Assembly (NCBI GenBank): GCA_031409275.1
Contig: JANNXA010000044.1
Coordinates: forward strand, 32,001 to 96,000
Direction of reading: 5' to 3'
Origin: Planctomycetota bacterium
GTDB taxonomy: Bacteria > Planctomycetota > B15-G4 > SIAN01
Length of the DNA stretch: 64,000 bases
Positions within the stretch are counted from its first letter, which is position 1. Each line of letters begins with the position of its first letter. Position numbers and translations under genes: made by a program. The notes under the pieces are model-generated. The model was not told the origin of the DNA. It was given only the letters and a program-made list of their open reading frames with translations, and made no database searches. Shown here piece by piece: positions 50,843-61,588 of this stretch.

Positions 50843-51612
50843 CCGGTGCCGACGCAATCGACCCGACGCGCAACGGCCCTTCGCAACGGCCCATGCCAAG
50901 GATCGCATTCCGAGCGCTGCTGATCGCTGCGGGCAGCTCCGTCTCCGTACTCGCAATCTCCGTCGGGCCGATGTCGAGCGACGCCGACGGCATTCCACCT
51001 GATCTCGTTCCCCACCTCATCGCTGATCTGACCATCTTGAGCACGACGATCAGCTCCCTTTGGTCGGCGCAGGAGCACCACCGCCCGCCATTCGACGCCG
51101 GGGTGGTAACGTCCGGATCAGGCGTTCCTGTCCCCTGGGGGTGGAGGCTCAACGTCTATTTATCGTGGGCTCTTACGATTGCGTTGACGCAGTCAGCCAT
51201 CGCGACGGTCGCCCTGCAGTTGGCGTCGCGATCGCCGGGCGGGTCGCTCGCCTTCGCGAGCGCCTCCGCGCCACAGCACTGGCTCTTCTTCGCGCGCCTG
51301 GCGACAGAAGCGCTCGCGACCACGGCTGTCGCGGGAGCGCTTTGCGCGTCTCGATCCCGGACGCTACGGACCGCCACCCTGTTCGTCACGGCGATGCTGC
51401 TCTGGCGTGGTCACCAGCTCTTTCCGTTGGCGTCTCTCGGAACCGGATTCAACGTGAGCGAGCGCCTCCTCTCAGCCGATGAAGGCGCTCGTTCGTCGCT
51501 GCTCTGGGGCCCGGCGATGGCGGCCGCCTTCGTGGCGGTCGGCGTCGTCGCGGCGTGGCTTGGGAGCAGCGCGGTGCCACTGTCGCCCCATCGATCCACT
51601 CGCCGCGAGTGA
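50839..51612 (+). CDS. Hypothetical multi-pass membrane protein
   Basis: ATGA overlap with acyP; several hydrophobic segments; no recognisable family. Confidence 0.5.
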   Translation: MTGADAIDPTRNGPSQRPMPRIAFRALLIAAGSSVSVLAISVGPMSSDADGIPPDLVPHLIADLTILSTTISSLWSAQEHHRPPFDAGVVTSGSGVPVPWGWRLNVYLSWALTIALTQSAIATVALQLASRSPGGSLAFASASAPQHWLFFARLATEALATTAVAGALCASRSRTLRTATLFVTAMLLWRGHQLFPLASLGTGFNVSERLLSADEGARSSLLWGPAMAAAFVAVGVVAAWLGSSAVPLSPHRSTRRE

Positions 51613-51656
51613 TTTCCGGGGGGCGCCGAGCGGCGCATCGCTCGGGAGCTCGCCTC

Positions 51657-52382
51657 GTGAAGATCGCCGTTTTCAGTGACGTCCACGCCAACCTTGCCGC
51701 GCTACGTACGGTGCTCGACGACATCGATCGAGCCGGTGTCGAGGCGCGGCTCTGCCTCGGCGACAGCGTCGGTTATGGAGCCGACCCGCGCGCATGCCTC
51801 GACCTGCTCCTCGAGTCGTGTGACGTGCTGCTGGCCGGCAATCACGACCTCGCGGCGTCGGGCCGTCTCGACCTGAACCGCTTTTCGGGACTCGCGCGTC
51901 ACGCCGTCCACTACGCGCGAGATCTATTGACCGACTCGCAGCGCAAGGCGCTGGCGGAACTGCACGACGAGGAGTGGTGGGGGGACCTGTTGCTCGTCCA
52001 TGCATCGCCCGCCGACCCGTCGGAGTTTCCGTATGTCCGCGACGCCGAAGCGGCGCGCGAGCAGTTCGACGGCCGGACGTTTCGCGCCGCGTTCTATGGA
52101 CACACTCACATGCCGCTCGTCTTCCAGGACGACGGCGAACGGGTCGGCCTGACGCTGCGGCCGCGCATCGAGATCGCACACGCCACTCGCTACCTGTGCA
52201 ACGTCGGGAGCGTCGGCCAGCCGCGCGACCAGGATCCGCGCGCATGCTGGACGCTCTACGACACGGATGCGCGCACTCTCTCGTTTCGTCGCGTGGCGTA
52301 CGACGTCGACGCGGCGTCCGCGCGAATCAAGGAGGTCGGCCTGCCCGACGCGCTCGCCGCTCGATTGCTCGTCGGCGTCTGA
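51657..52382 (+). CDS. Metallophosphoesterase (calcineurin-like, YfcE/PPP-type)
   Basis: SDVHAN, LGDSVGYG, GNHD, VHAS, GHTH, NVGSVGQPRD. Confidence 0.95.
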   Translation: MKIAVFSDVHANLAALRTVLDDIDRAGVEARLCLGDSVGYGADPRACLDLLLESCDVLLAGNHDLAASGRLDLNRFSGLARHAVHYARDLLTDSQRKALAELHDEEWWGDLLLVHASPADPSEFPYVRDAEAAREQFDGRTFRAAFYGHTHMPLVFQDDGERVGLTLRPRIEIAHATRYLCNVGSVGQPRDQDPRACWTLYDTDARTLSFRRVAYDVDAASARIKEVGLPDALAARLLVGV

Positions 52383-52467
52383 CCTCCCGCTGAAGAACGC
52401 TCCGCGCATCCGGTGGCGTCATCGGCAGCGGGCCACCGATCGTCGAACTTCGCCCCGCGCGCGGCCG

Positions 52468-53868
52468 TCAGCTCTCGCGCAGGTAGGCGAGTTCTGCGGG
52501 CAATCGATCGAGCCCTCGTTCACCCAGCCCCGATTCGAACAGCAGGCGCAGGTGCGCGAGCGGTTCGCGGTCGCCGCGAAACGTGTACTTGCGACGCTGC
52601 GGGTGGCGGCCGACGAACAGGATCAGTCCCATCAGTGAATTCGCCGACGCCGACTCGCCGTCGACAACGATCTCCACCGGCTTCTCGTGCTTGCGCACGA
52701 TTCGCACGATCAAGTTCAGCGGCCGCGCGTGCAGATGGAGCCCGTCGGGCAACTTGAGCTCGAGCAGGTCGTGCTGCATGAACTGCGGCAGAAGCTCGCG
52801 CACGAGCGGTTCGGCGGCCAACGTCGCTTCGACGGCGTAACGCAGCGCGAAGTGGACCGCACGCTCGAGCACCTGATCCGGCGGCACGATGCGCGCGATC
52901 TCGAGCTGCGTCGAACCGCGATTGTCGCGCCCCTCATGGCGCTCGTAGAAGTGGACCAGATCGTTCACCACTTCGAGCATGTGGTAGGCCAACGAGACGT
53001 GGCCGCGCAGACGCTGCAGTTCGGGCCGCTGGTGCGCCTGCGTCGGCTTGACGAACGTGTCATAGTCGGACTGCAGATTGTGAACGGCCGCCTTGTAGAC
53101 GCGCGCCTCCGACTCGCCAAGGTGCTCGGTCATGAAGGCGCGCAAGTCGGCGCCGCGAGCCGGCATCTTGTCGCCGATGCGTCGAGCGCGTTCGGTCACC
53201 GAAAGGAACTGATTCAGGAGCACCGCGACCGCGCCGTCGACGTCGTCGCGCCGCTCTTCAACAAGGTCGTGGGGGAGGTGTTGGCGGAAGTCCTTGATCT
53301 CGACGTCGCCAACGGCGACCGCGGGCCGCGTCGCTGGCATCACGCCGAGCCGGCGCGCCTCTTCGTTCAGCGCGGCCACGAGCGCGGCGATCGATTGCGC
53401 CAGGAAACGCATCGTCGTCAGCAGCTGGCTCGGGAAGGCGACGATCAGCGACTGCCCGTCGTCGTACTTTCCCGGCATCTCGACGCCGTATTTGGCGAAT
53501 CGAACCAGCACGTGGCCGAGCGTGTGTCCGGTGACGGCGAGGTTGCGAATGCTCGCGACCAGCTCCGCGAACAGCACATACGTCCGATTGTTGCGCGCGT
53601 GGAAGTTGTCGAGGAAGGTCTCGAGCTGGTGCGCGGCTTCCTGCAGGGCCCAGAAGTGCTTGCGGCCGACCGCCTCCGGCTGGTTCGGCAGGCCCGCCAG
53701 GAGAGAGAACAAGGTCGCCTGCGGCGCTGCCTCGCGCAGCACCTTCTTGAACTCGTCGACGCTGATGAGCCGTTCTCGCGAGCCCGTGTCGATGGGATCA
53801 CCCACGATCTCGATTCCGTTCCTGACCTTCGACCCCCGACGGGAGCCGAGCGGGGCGGAGCTTCCCAA
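52468..53868 (-). CDS. Long helical protein with C-terminal HPr phosphocarrier domain
   Basis: C-terminal [13 protein letters not shown] (His15 site) and SANSLMGL (Ser46 site); about 380-aa unknown N-terminal region; start uncertain. Confidence 0.75.
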   Translation of the reverse strand: MGSSAPLGSRRGSKVRNGIEIVGDPIDTGSRERLISVDEFKKVLREAAPQATLFSLLAGLPNQPEAVGRKHFWALQEAAHQLETFLDNFHARNNRTYVLFAELVASIRNLAVTGHTLGHVLVRFAKYGVEMPGKYDDGQSLIVAFPSQLLTTMRFLAQSIAALVAALNEEARRLGVMPATRPAVAVGDVEIKDFRQHLPHDLVEERRDDVDGAVAVLLNQFLSVTERARRIGDKMPARGADLRAFMTEHLGESEARVYKAAVHNLQSDYDTFVKPTQAHQRPELQRLRGHVSLAYHMLEVVNDLVHFYERHEGRDNRGSTQLEIARIVPPDQVLERAVHFALRYAVEATLAAEPLVRELLPQFMQHDLLELKLPDGLHLHARPLNLIVRIVRKHEKPVEIVVDGESASANSLMGLILFVGRHPQRRKYTFRGDREPLAHLRLLFESGLGERGLDRLPAELAYLRES

Positions 53869-53943
53869 CCGAATCCGCGCCCTTCAATCAAGGAATCGAC
53901 CAGCGATGGTCGAAAGCAGGAGTGGTTCTTCTCGGAGCAACCC

Positions 53944-54768
53944 ATTTCGAGCCACGCGACACTCCCGACGTACCTGCGCGAGATCAACGAAGTCCCGCTG
54001 CTTTGCGCAGAGGAAGAAATCGCGATCGCGCGCCGCGTCCGCAACGGCGATCAGGACGCGCGCGAGCAGCTGATTCGCGCCAACCTGCGCCTCGTGGTCA
54101 GCATCGCCAAGCACTACGGCAACCGCGGGCTGCCGCTGCTCGACCTCATCGAAGAGGGCAACCTCGGCCTCATGCGCGCGGTCGAGCGCTTCGATCCCGA
54201 CGCCGAGTGCCGCTTCTCGACCTACGCGACCTGGTGGATCAAGCAGGGGATCCGCCGCGCGCTGGTCAACTCGGTGCGCACGGTCCGCGTGCCTTCCTAC
54301 ATGATCGAGCTGATCTACCGTTGGCGCGTCACCGAGGCCAAGCTGCGCCAGGAACTCGGCCGCGACGCGACGCGCGACGAGGTCGCCGCCCGGCTCGAGC
54401 TCGGCCCCGAGCACCGCCGCCAGATCCGCCGCGCGCTGCGCATCGCTCACACGTCGACGCAGTCGATGTCGCTCGACGACTCGACCGACCTCGCCGACTC
54501 GATCGCCGACCCCGGCGCGCGCAGGCCGGACGACCTGCTCTTCGACACCCACGAGCGCGAGCAGTTGAAGCGCCTGCTGGCCAAGATCGACGAGCGCCAG
54601 GCCCGCATCCTGCGCCTGCGTTACGGATTCGAAGGCGAGCCGCCGATGACGCTGCGCGAGATCGGGGTGTGCCTCGGCATCACCCGCGAGCGCGTCCGCC
54701 AGATCCAGAACGAAGCGCTCGAGAGCCTCTACCTCGCGCTGGTCCCCGGCCGCGGCGGCGCGGACTGA
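53944..54768 (+). CDS. RNA polymerase sigma-70 factor, RpoD/RpoS-like (no region 1.1); start codon unclear
   Basis: [53 protein letters not shown]; start placed at an in-frame ATT after GGAG. Confidence 0.85.
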   Translation: MSSHATLPTYLREINEVPLLCAEEEIAIARRVRNGDQDAREQLIRANLRLVVSIAKHYGNRGLPLLDLIEEGNLGLMRAVERFDPDAECRFSTYATWWIKQGIRRALVNSVRTVRVPSYMIELIYRWRVTEAKLRQELGRDATRDEVAARLELGPEHRRQIRRALRIAHTSTQSMSLDDSTDLADSIADPGARRPDDLLFDTHEREQLKRLLAKIDERQARILRLRYGFEGEPPMTLREIGVCLGITRERVRQIQNEALESLYLALVPGRGGAD

Positions 54769-54799
54769 GGCAGCGCGCCGCGACGATCGCATCGGCACA

Positions 54800-55942
54800 A
54801 TGGCGCCGATGTCCTCCGCGCCCACCTCGCTCTACGTCCACGTTCCGTTCTGCATCCGCCGTTGCGCCTACTGCGACTTCGCGACGGCGCCCTACGACGA
54901 CGCGAGCGCGAAGGCGTACGTGCCGCGGTTGCTGGAAGAGCTGAAGCGAGTTCCGCGGCAGGCGCCGATGCAGACGGTCTATTTCGGAGGTGGCACTCCG
55001 ACCGCGTTGGCCGAGCCGGAACTCGAGCGGCTGCTCGCCGCCGTGCGCGATCGCGTCGCGCTGCGCCCCGACACCGAGTGGACCTGCGAGGCGAATCCCG
55101 AATCGGTGACTCCGGCGAAGGCGCGCCTGCTGCGCGACGCGGGCGTCAATCGAGTGAGCCTCGGCGCGCAGTCGTTCCAGGCGCCGGTGCTGGCGGCACT
55201 CGGTCGCGAACACGCGCCGCCGCACGTCTTCAAGGCGCTCGAGATCCTGCGCACCGCGGGGTTCCGCCGCCTCACGCTCGACCTCATGTTCGCAGCGCCT
55301 GGCGAGACGCTCGAGCAGCTCGACGCCGATCTCGCGCAGCTGACCACGCTGCAGCTCGACCACGTGTCGGCCTACTGCCTCACCTATGAAGCGGGCACCC
55401 CGCTGACCCGCATGCGCGCCGAGGGGCGCGTCACGCCGCACGACGACGACACCGAGCTCGTCCACTACCGCCGCGTGCGCGAGCGGTTGGCCGCCGCCGG
55501 CCTCGCGCACTACGAGATCTCCAACTACGCGCGTCCCGGCGAGGAGTCGCGCCACAACCTCGTCTACTGGCGCGGCGAGGAGTACTTCGGCGTGGGGCTC
55601 GGCGCGGGCAGCTACGAGTTCGGCACGCGCCGCACCAACACGCGCGTGCTGGCCGAGTACATGGGGGAGTGGGGCGGCTCACTTCATCCGCCGCACGAGG
55701 CGGAGACGCTGGCGCCCGATGCGAAGGCGCGCGAGCGGGTGATCCTGGGGCTGCGGCTGCGCGCCGGCCTCGATGAGGCCGCGTTCGCCGCGGCGACCGG
55801 GATCCCTCTCGCCGAGCTCTATCGGGAGCGCGAGCTCGAATCGCTCGTCGCGCGCGGCCTCCTCGAACGCACCGCCACCAAGATCCGCCTCACCGCACGC
55901 GGCCTCGAGCTCGCCGACGAGGTCTTCGTCGAACTGGTGTGA
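54800..55942 (+). CDS. hemW: Radical SAM heme chaperone HemW (HemN-like)
   Basis: LYVHVPFC..RC.YCDF, YFGGGTPT, EANP, YEISNYA...SRHNL.YW. Confidence 0.9.
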   Translation: MAPMSSAPTSLYVHVPFCIRRCAYCDFATAPYDDASAKAYVPRLLEELKRVPRQAPMQTVYFGGGTPTALAEPELERLLAAVRDRVALRPDTEWTCEANPESVTPAKARLLRDAGVNRVSLGAQSFQAPVLAALGREHAPPHVFKALEILRTAGFRRLTLDLMFAAPGETLEQLDADLAQLTTLQLDHVSAYCLTYEAGTPLTRMRAEGRVTPHDDDTELVHYRRVRERLAAAGLAHYEISNYARPGEESRHNLVYWRGEEYFGVGLGAGSYEFGTRRTNTRVLAEYMGEWGGSLHPPHEAETLAPDAKARERVILGLRLRAGLDEAAFAAATGIPLAELYRERELESLVARGLLERTATKIRLTARGLELADEVFVELV

Positions 55943-56060
55943 ACGACGCCCGCCCGCGCCGCCGCGGACCGCTGAACCGACCGTGTAACGCCGGCGATCG
56001 GTTCCGGGTGTCACACTCGCCGTTCGCCCGAGTCCAACGGGTACGGCGAGGAGCTCGCCC

Positions 56061-57359
56061 ATGCATCGCCGCTGCCATGCGTCCTTCGCCGCCGCGCTCG
56101 GCCTCGCGTCCTTCGCCTCTCACGTGCACGCCCAGACCTTCACCCACAAGGGCGTTGGCTCGCAGGGGGACTCGAAGTACGGCCAGGTGGTCGCCACGCT
56201 CAACGACGTCGACGGCGACGGCGGCGCCGACTACGCGGTCGGGGCGCCCGACTTCAACAACGTCGCGTGGTGGTGGAACTACCCCGACGCCGGCCGCGTC
56301 CTCATCGTGAACGGCCGCACAGGATCAACGATCCGCACGCACACCGGCGGCAGCACCGGCGAAAAGTTCGGCACCGCGATCTCGCTCGCTCCCGACTGCG
56401 ACGCCGACGGCAAGAGCGACTACGCCATCGGCGCGCCCGGCTACTCGTCCTCGAAGGGGCGCGTCTCCGTCTTCAGCTCGGCGAGCGGCGCGCTGCTCTG
56501 GACCCACGACGGCACGTTCTCGAACGACTTCCACGGCGCGTCGATCGCCCGCATCTCCGACGCCAACGGCGACGGCTTCGATGAGATCGCGATCGGTCGC
56601 CCGCAGTCCGGCATCAGCCCGGGCTACGTCTACGTCCGCGACCGCAACAACCAGCACGTCATGGTGATCGGCGCGTTCACCGGCATCTCGCGCTTCGGCT
56701 CCGCCATCTGCAAAGGACCCGACCTGAACAAGGACGGCACCCTCGACTTCCTGGTCGGCGCGCCACTCGCCGACGTCAACGTGTCGTTCAACTACGTCGA
56801 CGCCGGCATCATCTACGGTCTCGATGCCAAGACCGGCGCGCTGATCTCCAGCTTCTACGAGCTGGCGACGGGCGCGCAGTTCGGGACTTCGATCAGCACG
56901 CTGCTCGACACCAACTACGACGGCTACGGCGAGATCGTGGTGGGCGCGCCGGCGTGGTCGAACTGGACCGGCTTCGCTTGCGTCTACAGCGGCAAGACGG
57001 GCAACAAGCTATTCCGCGTCGACTCGACCTACTCGAACTTCGAGTACTTCGGTCAGTCCGTCTGCAACGCCGGCGACTGGAACAGCGACGGCCGCGGCGA
57101 TTTCGCCGTGGGCATCCCCGGCTACAGCGGCGCGATCGGCGCCATCGAGGTCCATAGCGGCAGCACCGGCGCGCTGCTCCACCTCGTCGACGCCTCGACC
57201 CTCTCTTGGGGGTCGGGTGAAGGGAACGGCAACTTCGGCTGGTCGCTGGCCGGCGGTCTCTTCGACAACGACTTCGCCTTCGACCTCCTGATCGGCGACC
57301 CGACCTACGTGAAGAGCGCCTCGATCCGCGGCTCTCATCACCTGCTCGAGCGCTACTGA
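56061..57359 (+). CDS. Secreted FG-GAP / integrin-alpha beta-propeller protein
   Basis: Signal peptide; about seven FG...D.xGDG..D..VGAP repeats. Confidence 0.9.
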   Translation: MHRRCHASFAAALGLASFASHVHAQTFTHKGVGSQGDSKYGQVVATLNDVDGDGGADYAVGAPDFNNVAWWWNYPDAGRVLIVNGRTGSTIRTHTGGSTGEKFGTAISLAPDCDADGKSDYAIGAPGYSSSKGRVSVFSSASGALLWTHDGTFSNDFHGASIARISDANGDGFDEIAIGRPQSGISPGYVYVRDRNNQHVMVIGAFTGISRFGSAICKGPDLNKDGTLDFLVGAPLADVNVSFNYVDAGIIYGLDAKTGALISSFYELATGAQFGTSISTLLDTNYDGYGEIVVGAPAWSNWTGFACVYSGKTGNKLFRVDSTYSNFEYFGQSVCNAGDWNSDGRGDFAVGIPGYSGAIGAIEVHSGSTGALLHLVDASTLSWGSGEGNGNFGWSLAGGLFDNDFAFDLLIGDPTYVKSASIRGSHHLLERY

Positions 57360-57551
57360 ACGCGACTGCCTCGGCCTGAGCCACCTTCGCCACCCGGCGA
57401 CCTTCCAGCCTCCATCGGCCGCGCCGCGTAACGCTCGCGCGCCGATGCGGGTGGATCCTCTTGCGGCCGCTGCGGGTCGCCAGGCGCGAGCGGTCCAGTG
57501 CCCGAGAACTGCCCGGACGGCCCTTGCTGCGATCCATCACGAGAAGCTCAG

Positions 57552-60413
57552 ATGCTGCGCATGTCGGATGGAAGCGCGGACCGCTCGAAGGTGCTCGACC
57601 TAGTCGCCGCCTGCCTCGAGCAGCTCGACGATCGCGGCCCCGCCATCGTCGATGAGGTCTGCGCCAACGCGCCCGAACTGAAAGAGGCCGTGCGGCGTCG
57701 CATCGCGGCGCTGCAGCGACTCGGCCTCGCCCGCGCCGGGGGCGACCCGCAAGAGAAGTTCCCCGAGCAGCTCGGCGAGTTCCGCCTGCTGCGCTGCATC
57801 GGCGGCGGCGGCATGGGCGTCGTCTACCTCGCCGAGCAGACGTCGCTCGGTCGCAAGGTCGCGCTCAAGCTGATCCGGCCCGAGCACCTCTTCTTCCCCA
57901 ACGCGCGCGAGCGCTTCCGCCGCGAAGTGGACGCCGTCTCGCGATTGCGCCACCCGGCGGTCGTTCCGATCTACACCTTCGGCGAATCGGCGGGCGTGCC
58001 GTACTACGCCATGGAATGGGTCGATGGGGCGAGCCTCGAAGAAGTGCTGCAGACGCTGCGCGGGCGCCAGCCGCAGGACCTCTCCGGCGCCGACCTGCGC
58101 AGCGCGCTGCAGGCGTGTCGTGACGCCCGCGCCGCCGATCAGCTGCCGCACGACGACGAGCCGCTGCGCGAGGTCCCTGGCTCGCCGTTCTCCGCGACCA
58201 ATTGGGTCGAAGCGTGCTTCCGCTTGCTGCTGCCGGTGGCGCACGCGCTCGAACACGCGCATCGCAATGGCGTCATCCATCGCGACATCAAGCCTTCCAA
58301 CATCATGCTCACGCGCGACGGTCGCGTGCTGGTGCTCGACTTCGGCCTCGCCACGACGAGCGGAGCGTCGCGCCTGACGCAAAGCGGCGCCCAGCTCGGC
58401 TCGCTGCCGTTCATGCCGCCGGAGCTGGTGCGCGGTGGCACCGGCTCCGGCGATGCGAGAGGCGACTTCTATTCGCTGGGAGTCACGCTCTACGAGCTGC
58501 TGACGTTGTCGCGCGCCTTCAAGGACAAGGACCAGGACGTCGAGCGGGTGCGCGAAGCCATCCTGGACGGCAAGTTCCAGCCGCTGCGACGACTCCACCC
58601 CGGGTTGCGTTGGGACGCGGAGACCGTCTGCCTGGTCGCGATGGAGCGCGATCCGGCACGCCGCTACGCCGACGCGACCGCCTTCGCGACCGACCTCGAA
58701 GCGGTGCTCACGCTGCGGCCGATCGCGGCGCGGCGACCCGGCGTGATGCTGCGTCTGCGCCGACTGCTGCAACGCCATCCCGCCCTCACGGTGGCCGGCA
58801 CCGCGATCCTGCTGCTCGCGACGGCGCTGCCCGCGGTCTGGGGCTGGCAGCAGAAGGCGCGCAACGACGATCTCCTGGCGCTGAACGCGAAGCTCGCGAC
58901 GCAGGTGCAACGCACGCGCTCCGCGGTGACGCGCTTCCTCGACGAAACGGGCAACGTAACGTTGACCAACGTGCCGGGCGCCGAACCGCTGCGTCGTCAG
59001 CTGGTCATGCAAGCGACGGCGCTCTTCGAGGAGCTCTTCCGCGAGAGTCCGAGCAGCGAGCTGCGCAACGATCTGGCGCAGGCGAGCTCGCGCCTGGCCG
59101 TGCGTTGCCGCGAGCTCGGCGACGACGAAGCGGGCACCGCCGCGATGGAACGCGCGATGGAACTGTTCGATGGCCCAGAGGCGCTGCCGGTCATCACCTA
59201 CGGCGACCGCCTGGCGCGCGCGACGGTCCGCAGCGACTACGCGAACCTCTTCCTGGAAGAGCGTCTCGACGGTGCGCTGCCCGCATTGAAACGGGTGGTC
59301 GCCGAGTGGGCGGCGCTCCACGCCGAACACCCCGATCCCGAAGTGCGCAGCAATTGGTGCCTCGCGCTGGCGACGCTCGCCTCCTCGATGGAGCTGCCGG
59401 CGGAAGAGGCGCGCGCCGCCGTGCGCCAGATGATGACGCTGATGCCGGCGGCCGATGCGCCCGATCGTCTGATGCGTGACGATCTGCGCTTCGCGAACGG
59501 CTTGTACAACCTCGCCAATCACTTCTCCCGCCGCGACCTCTTCGCGGAATCGGCGGAGCTCTATCGCGAGTCGATCCGGCTGCTCGAAGCGCTCGATCGG
59601 CGCGCGCCCGACCACGTGCAGACGCAAGAGCTCCTGGCCATCGCGCTGCTCGAGCTCGGCCAGTCGCTGCGGATCGTCGATCGCTGCGAAGAGGCGCTGG
59701 AACTGCTGCGCAAAGGTCACGATGGCGCGCGTCGCCTCGCGCTGCTGTTTCCTTCGCGACCCGAGTTCTCTGCCCGCGCTGGAACGACCGCGCTGATCAT
59801 CGGCGAGGTGCTGCTCGACCTCGACGATCCGCTGGCGGCGAAGCTCGCGCTCAAGGACTCGCTGACCGAATTCGAGGCGGCGCAAGCACTGGCGCCCGAT
59901 GACTCGAGCACGATCAACTTCCTTAGCCCGGTCCATCGAGCGCTGACACGCGCCTTCCTTGAGCTCGAAGACGAGGTCGCCGCGGCGCCGGAGTGGGAGT
60001 CCGCGCTCCACGCTGCGCAGCGTGCCGCGACGGTGGAGCCGCGCAACCCGTGGGCGCACGCGGAGATCGGTGAGGTGTGGCTGCTGGCGGCGGCGCACCC
60101 CGAACTGGCGCTCAACGACGAGAGCGCGCTCGACTGCGCGCGGCACGCCTTCGCCGCCGCCGCTTCAGCGGTCGACATGGCACCCGAGTTCCCCGACTTC
60201 GCCGAGCTGGCGCGCGAGGCGACCGCCGCGGCACTGCGCGAGCTGCTGCCGGAGACAGGCGCGCGCGACATCGTCGGCGCGCGCGAATTGCTCGCGCGAC
60301 TCGTCGCGATCAAGGCCCTCGACCTCGCGACCGTCGCAGAGTCCCGCGAGTTCGCGTCGTGGATGAGCGACGCCTCGTTTCGCGAGCTGATCGGCGCGTT
60401 GCAGTCGCAGTGA
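57552..60413 (+). CDS. Hanks-type Ser/Thr kinase with TM and TPR-like repeats (paralogue of 35963-38401)
   Basis: IGGGGMG, VALK, HRDIKPSN, DFG, FMPPE; shares LIRPE.LFF..ARERF and WD.ETVCL.AMERDP with the first kinase. Confidence 0.95.
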   Translation: MLRMSDGSADRSKVLDLVAACLEQLDDRGPAIVDEVCANAPELKEAVRRRIAALQRLGLARAGGDPQEKFPEQLGEFRLLRCIGGGGMGVVYLAEQTSLGRKVALKLIRPEHLFFPNARERFRREVDAVSRLRHPAVVPIYTFGESAGVPYYAMEWVDGASLEEVLQTLRGRQPQDLSGADLRSALQACRDARAADQLPHDDEPLREVPGSPFSATNWVEACFRLLLPVAHALEHAHRNGVIHRDIKPSNIMLTRDGRVLVLDFGLATTSGASRLTQSGAQLGSLPFMPPELVRGGTGSGDARGDFYSLGVTLYELLTLSRAFKDKDQDVERVREAILDGKFQPLRRLHPGLRWDAETVCLVAMERDPARRYADATAFATDLEAVLTLRPIAARRPGVMLRLRRLLQRHPALTVAGTAILLLATALPAVWGWQQKARNDDLLALNAKLATQVQRTRSAVTRFLDETGNVTLTNVPGAEPLRRQLVMQATALFEELFRESPSSELRNDLAQASSRLAVRCRELGDDEAGTAAMERAMELFDGPEALPVITYGDRLARATVRSDYANLFLEERLDGALPALKRVVAEWAALHAEHPDPEVRSNWCLALATLASSMELPAEEARAAVRQMMTLMPAADAPDRLMRDDLRFANGLYNLANHFSRRDLFAESAELYRESIRLLEALDRRAPDHVQTQELLAIALLELGQSLRIVDRCEEALELLRKGHDGARRLALLFPSRPEFSARAGTTALIIGEVLLDLDDPLAAKLALKDSLTEFEAAQALAPDDSSTINFLSPVHRALTRAFLELEDEVAAAPEWESALHAAQRAATVEPRNPWAHAEIGEVWLLAAAHPELALNDESALDCARHAFAAAASAVDMAPEFPDFAELAREATAAALRELLPETGARDIVGARELLARLVAIKALDLATVAESREFASWMSDASFRELIGALQSQ

Positions 60414-60688
60414 CGCTCGCCAAAGGGCGAGCGCCCGGGGGCCGCGCTCGGCGAAGACGCGTGGCGACGCGTCGCAGTCCTCGCAAACGCAACCACCGGT
60501 GGCGGGGATCTTTCCTCCGCCGTTCCCGCACCCGGCGCGCCCGCGAGTTGGGCCGCTGGCTCGTTTCGCGCTGATCGAATCGGTCGATTGCCGGAGGAGC
60601 GCGTGTGCGGGTGGTGCGGTGGAAAGATCCCCGCCACCTTCGAGGCGCGCTACGATCCCCGCGCTTCAAAACTGAAGGGAGCGCAAGC

Positions 60689-61585
60689 GTGCCGGCCAGC
60701 CACGTCTTCGATCGTCTCGACGAGCTTTGCCAGAAGAGCCGCTCGGCGGTCTGCGTCGGCCTCGATCCTCACTACGAGCTGCTGCCACCCGACACCCAGG
60801 GCCGCGGCGCCGTGCGCCACGTGCGCGACTTCCTGTTCGAAGTCATGGCCGCGATCGAGGGGGTGGTGCCCTGCGTCAAGCCGCAGATCGCCTTCTTCGA
60901 GGCGCTCGGGCCCGACGGCTACGCGCTCTACTTCGACGTCGTGCGCGAGGCGCATCGGCGCGGCTTCTTCGTGATCGGCGACATCAAGCGCGCCGACATC
61001 GGCTCGACCGCCGCCGCCTACGCGAAGGGTCACCTCGGGCCCGACGACGGCTCGGCGGTCGACGCGGTCACGCTCAATCCCTACCTCGGCAGCGACGGGA
61101 TCGAGCCGTTCCTCAAGGTCGGCCGCGCGAAAGGTCGCGGCGTCTTCGTGCTCGCCCGCACCTCCAACCCGTCAGGCAAGGAGATGCAGGATGTGGGCGG
61201 CGCCAACGGCGGCACGCCGCTCTACCGCGTCGTCGGCGCGAAGCTCGAGCAGTGGGGCGCGGAGCACGTCGGCGCTCGCGGCTACAGCGACGTCGGCGCC
61301 GTCGTCGGTGCGACCCACCCCGACGAAGGCGCGCTGCTGCGGCGCGAACTGCCGCACACGTACTTCCTTGTTCCCGGCTACGGCGCGCAGGGCGGCACGG
61401 CGGCCGACGTCGCGCGCACCTTCGACGCGAAAGGCGGCGGTGCCGTGGTCAACTCCTCGCGCGGGATCCTCTTCGCGTGGAAAGAACACGAGGCGCAAGG
61501 CGGCGCGACACGCTTCGCCGAGCTGGCGCGCGCCGCCGCCATCGCCACCAGCAACGCGATCCGCGCCGCCATCGCGGCACGGTGA
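60689..61585 (+). CDS. pyrF: Orotidine-5'-phosphate decarboxylase (type 2)
   Basis: CVGLDP, KPQIAFFE, DIKRADIGST, LVPGYGAQGG, NSSRGI. Confidence 0.95.
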   Translation: MPASHVFDRLDELCQKSRSAVCVGLDPHYELLPPDTQGRGAVRHVRDFLFEVMAAIEGVVPCVKPQIAFFEALGPDGYALYFDVVREAHRRGFFVIGDIKRADIGSTAAAYAKGHLGPDDGSAVDAVTLNPYLGSDGIEPFLKVGRAKGRGVFVLARTSNPSGKEMQDVGGANGGTPLYRVVGAKLEQWGAEHVGARGYSDVGAVVGATHPDEGALLRRELPHTYFLVPGYGAQGGTAADVARTFDAKGGGAVVNSSRGILFAWKEHEAQGGATRFAELARAAAIATSNAIRAAIAAR

Positions 61586-61588
61586 GTC

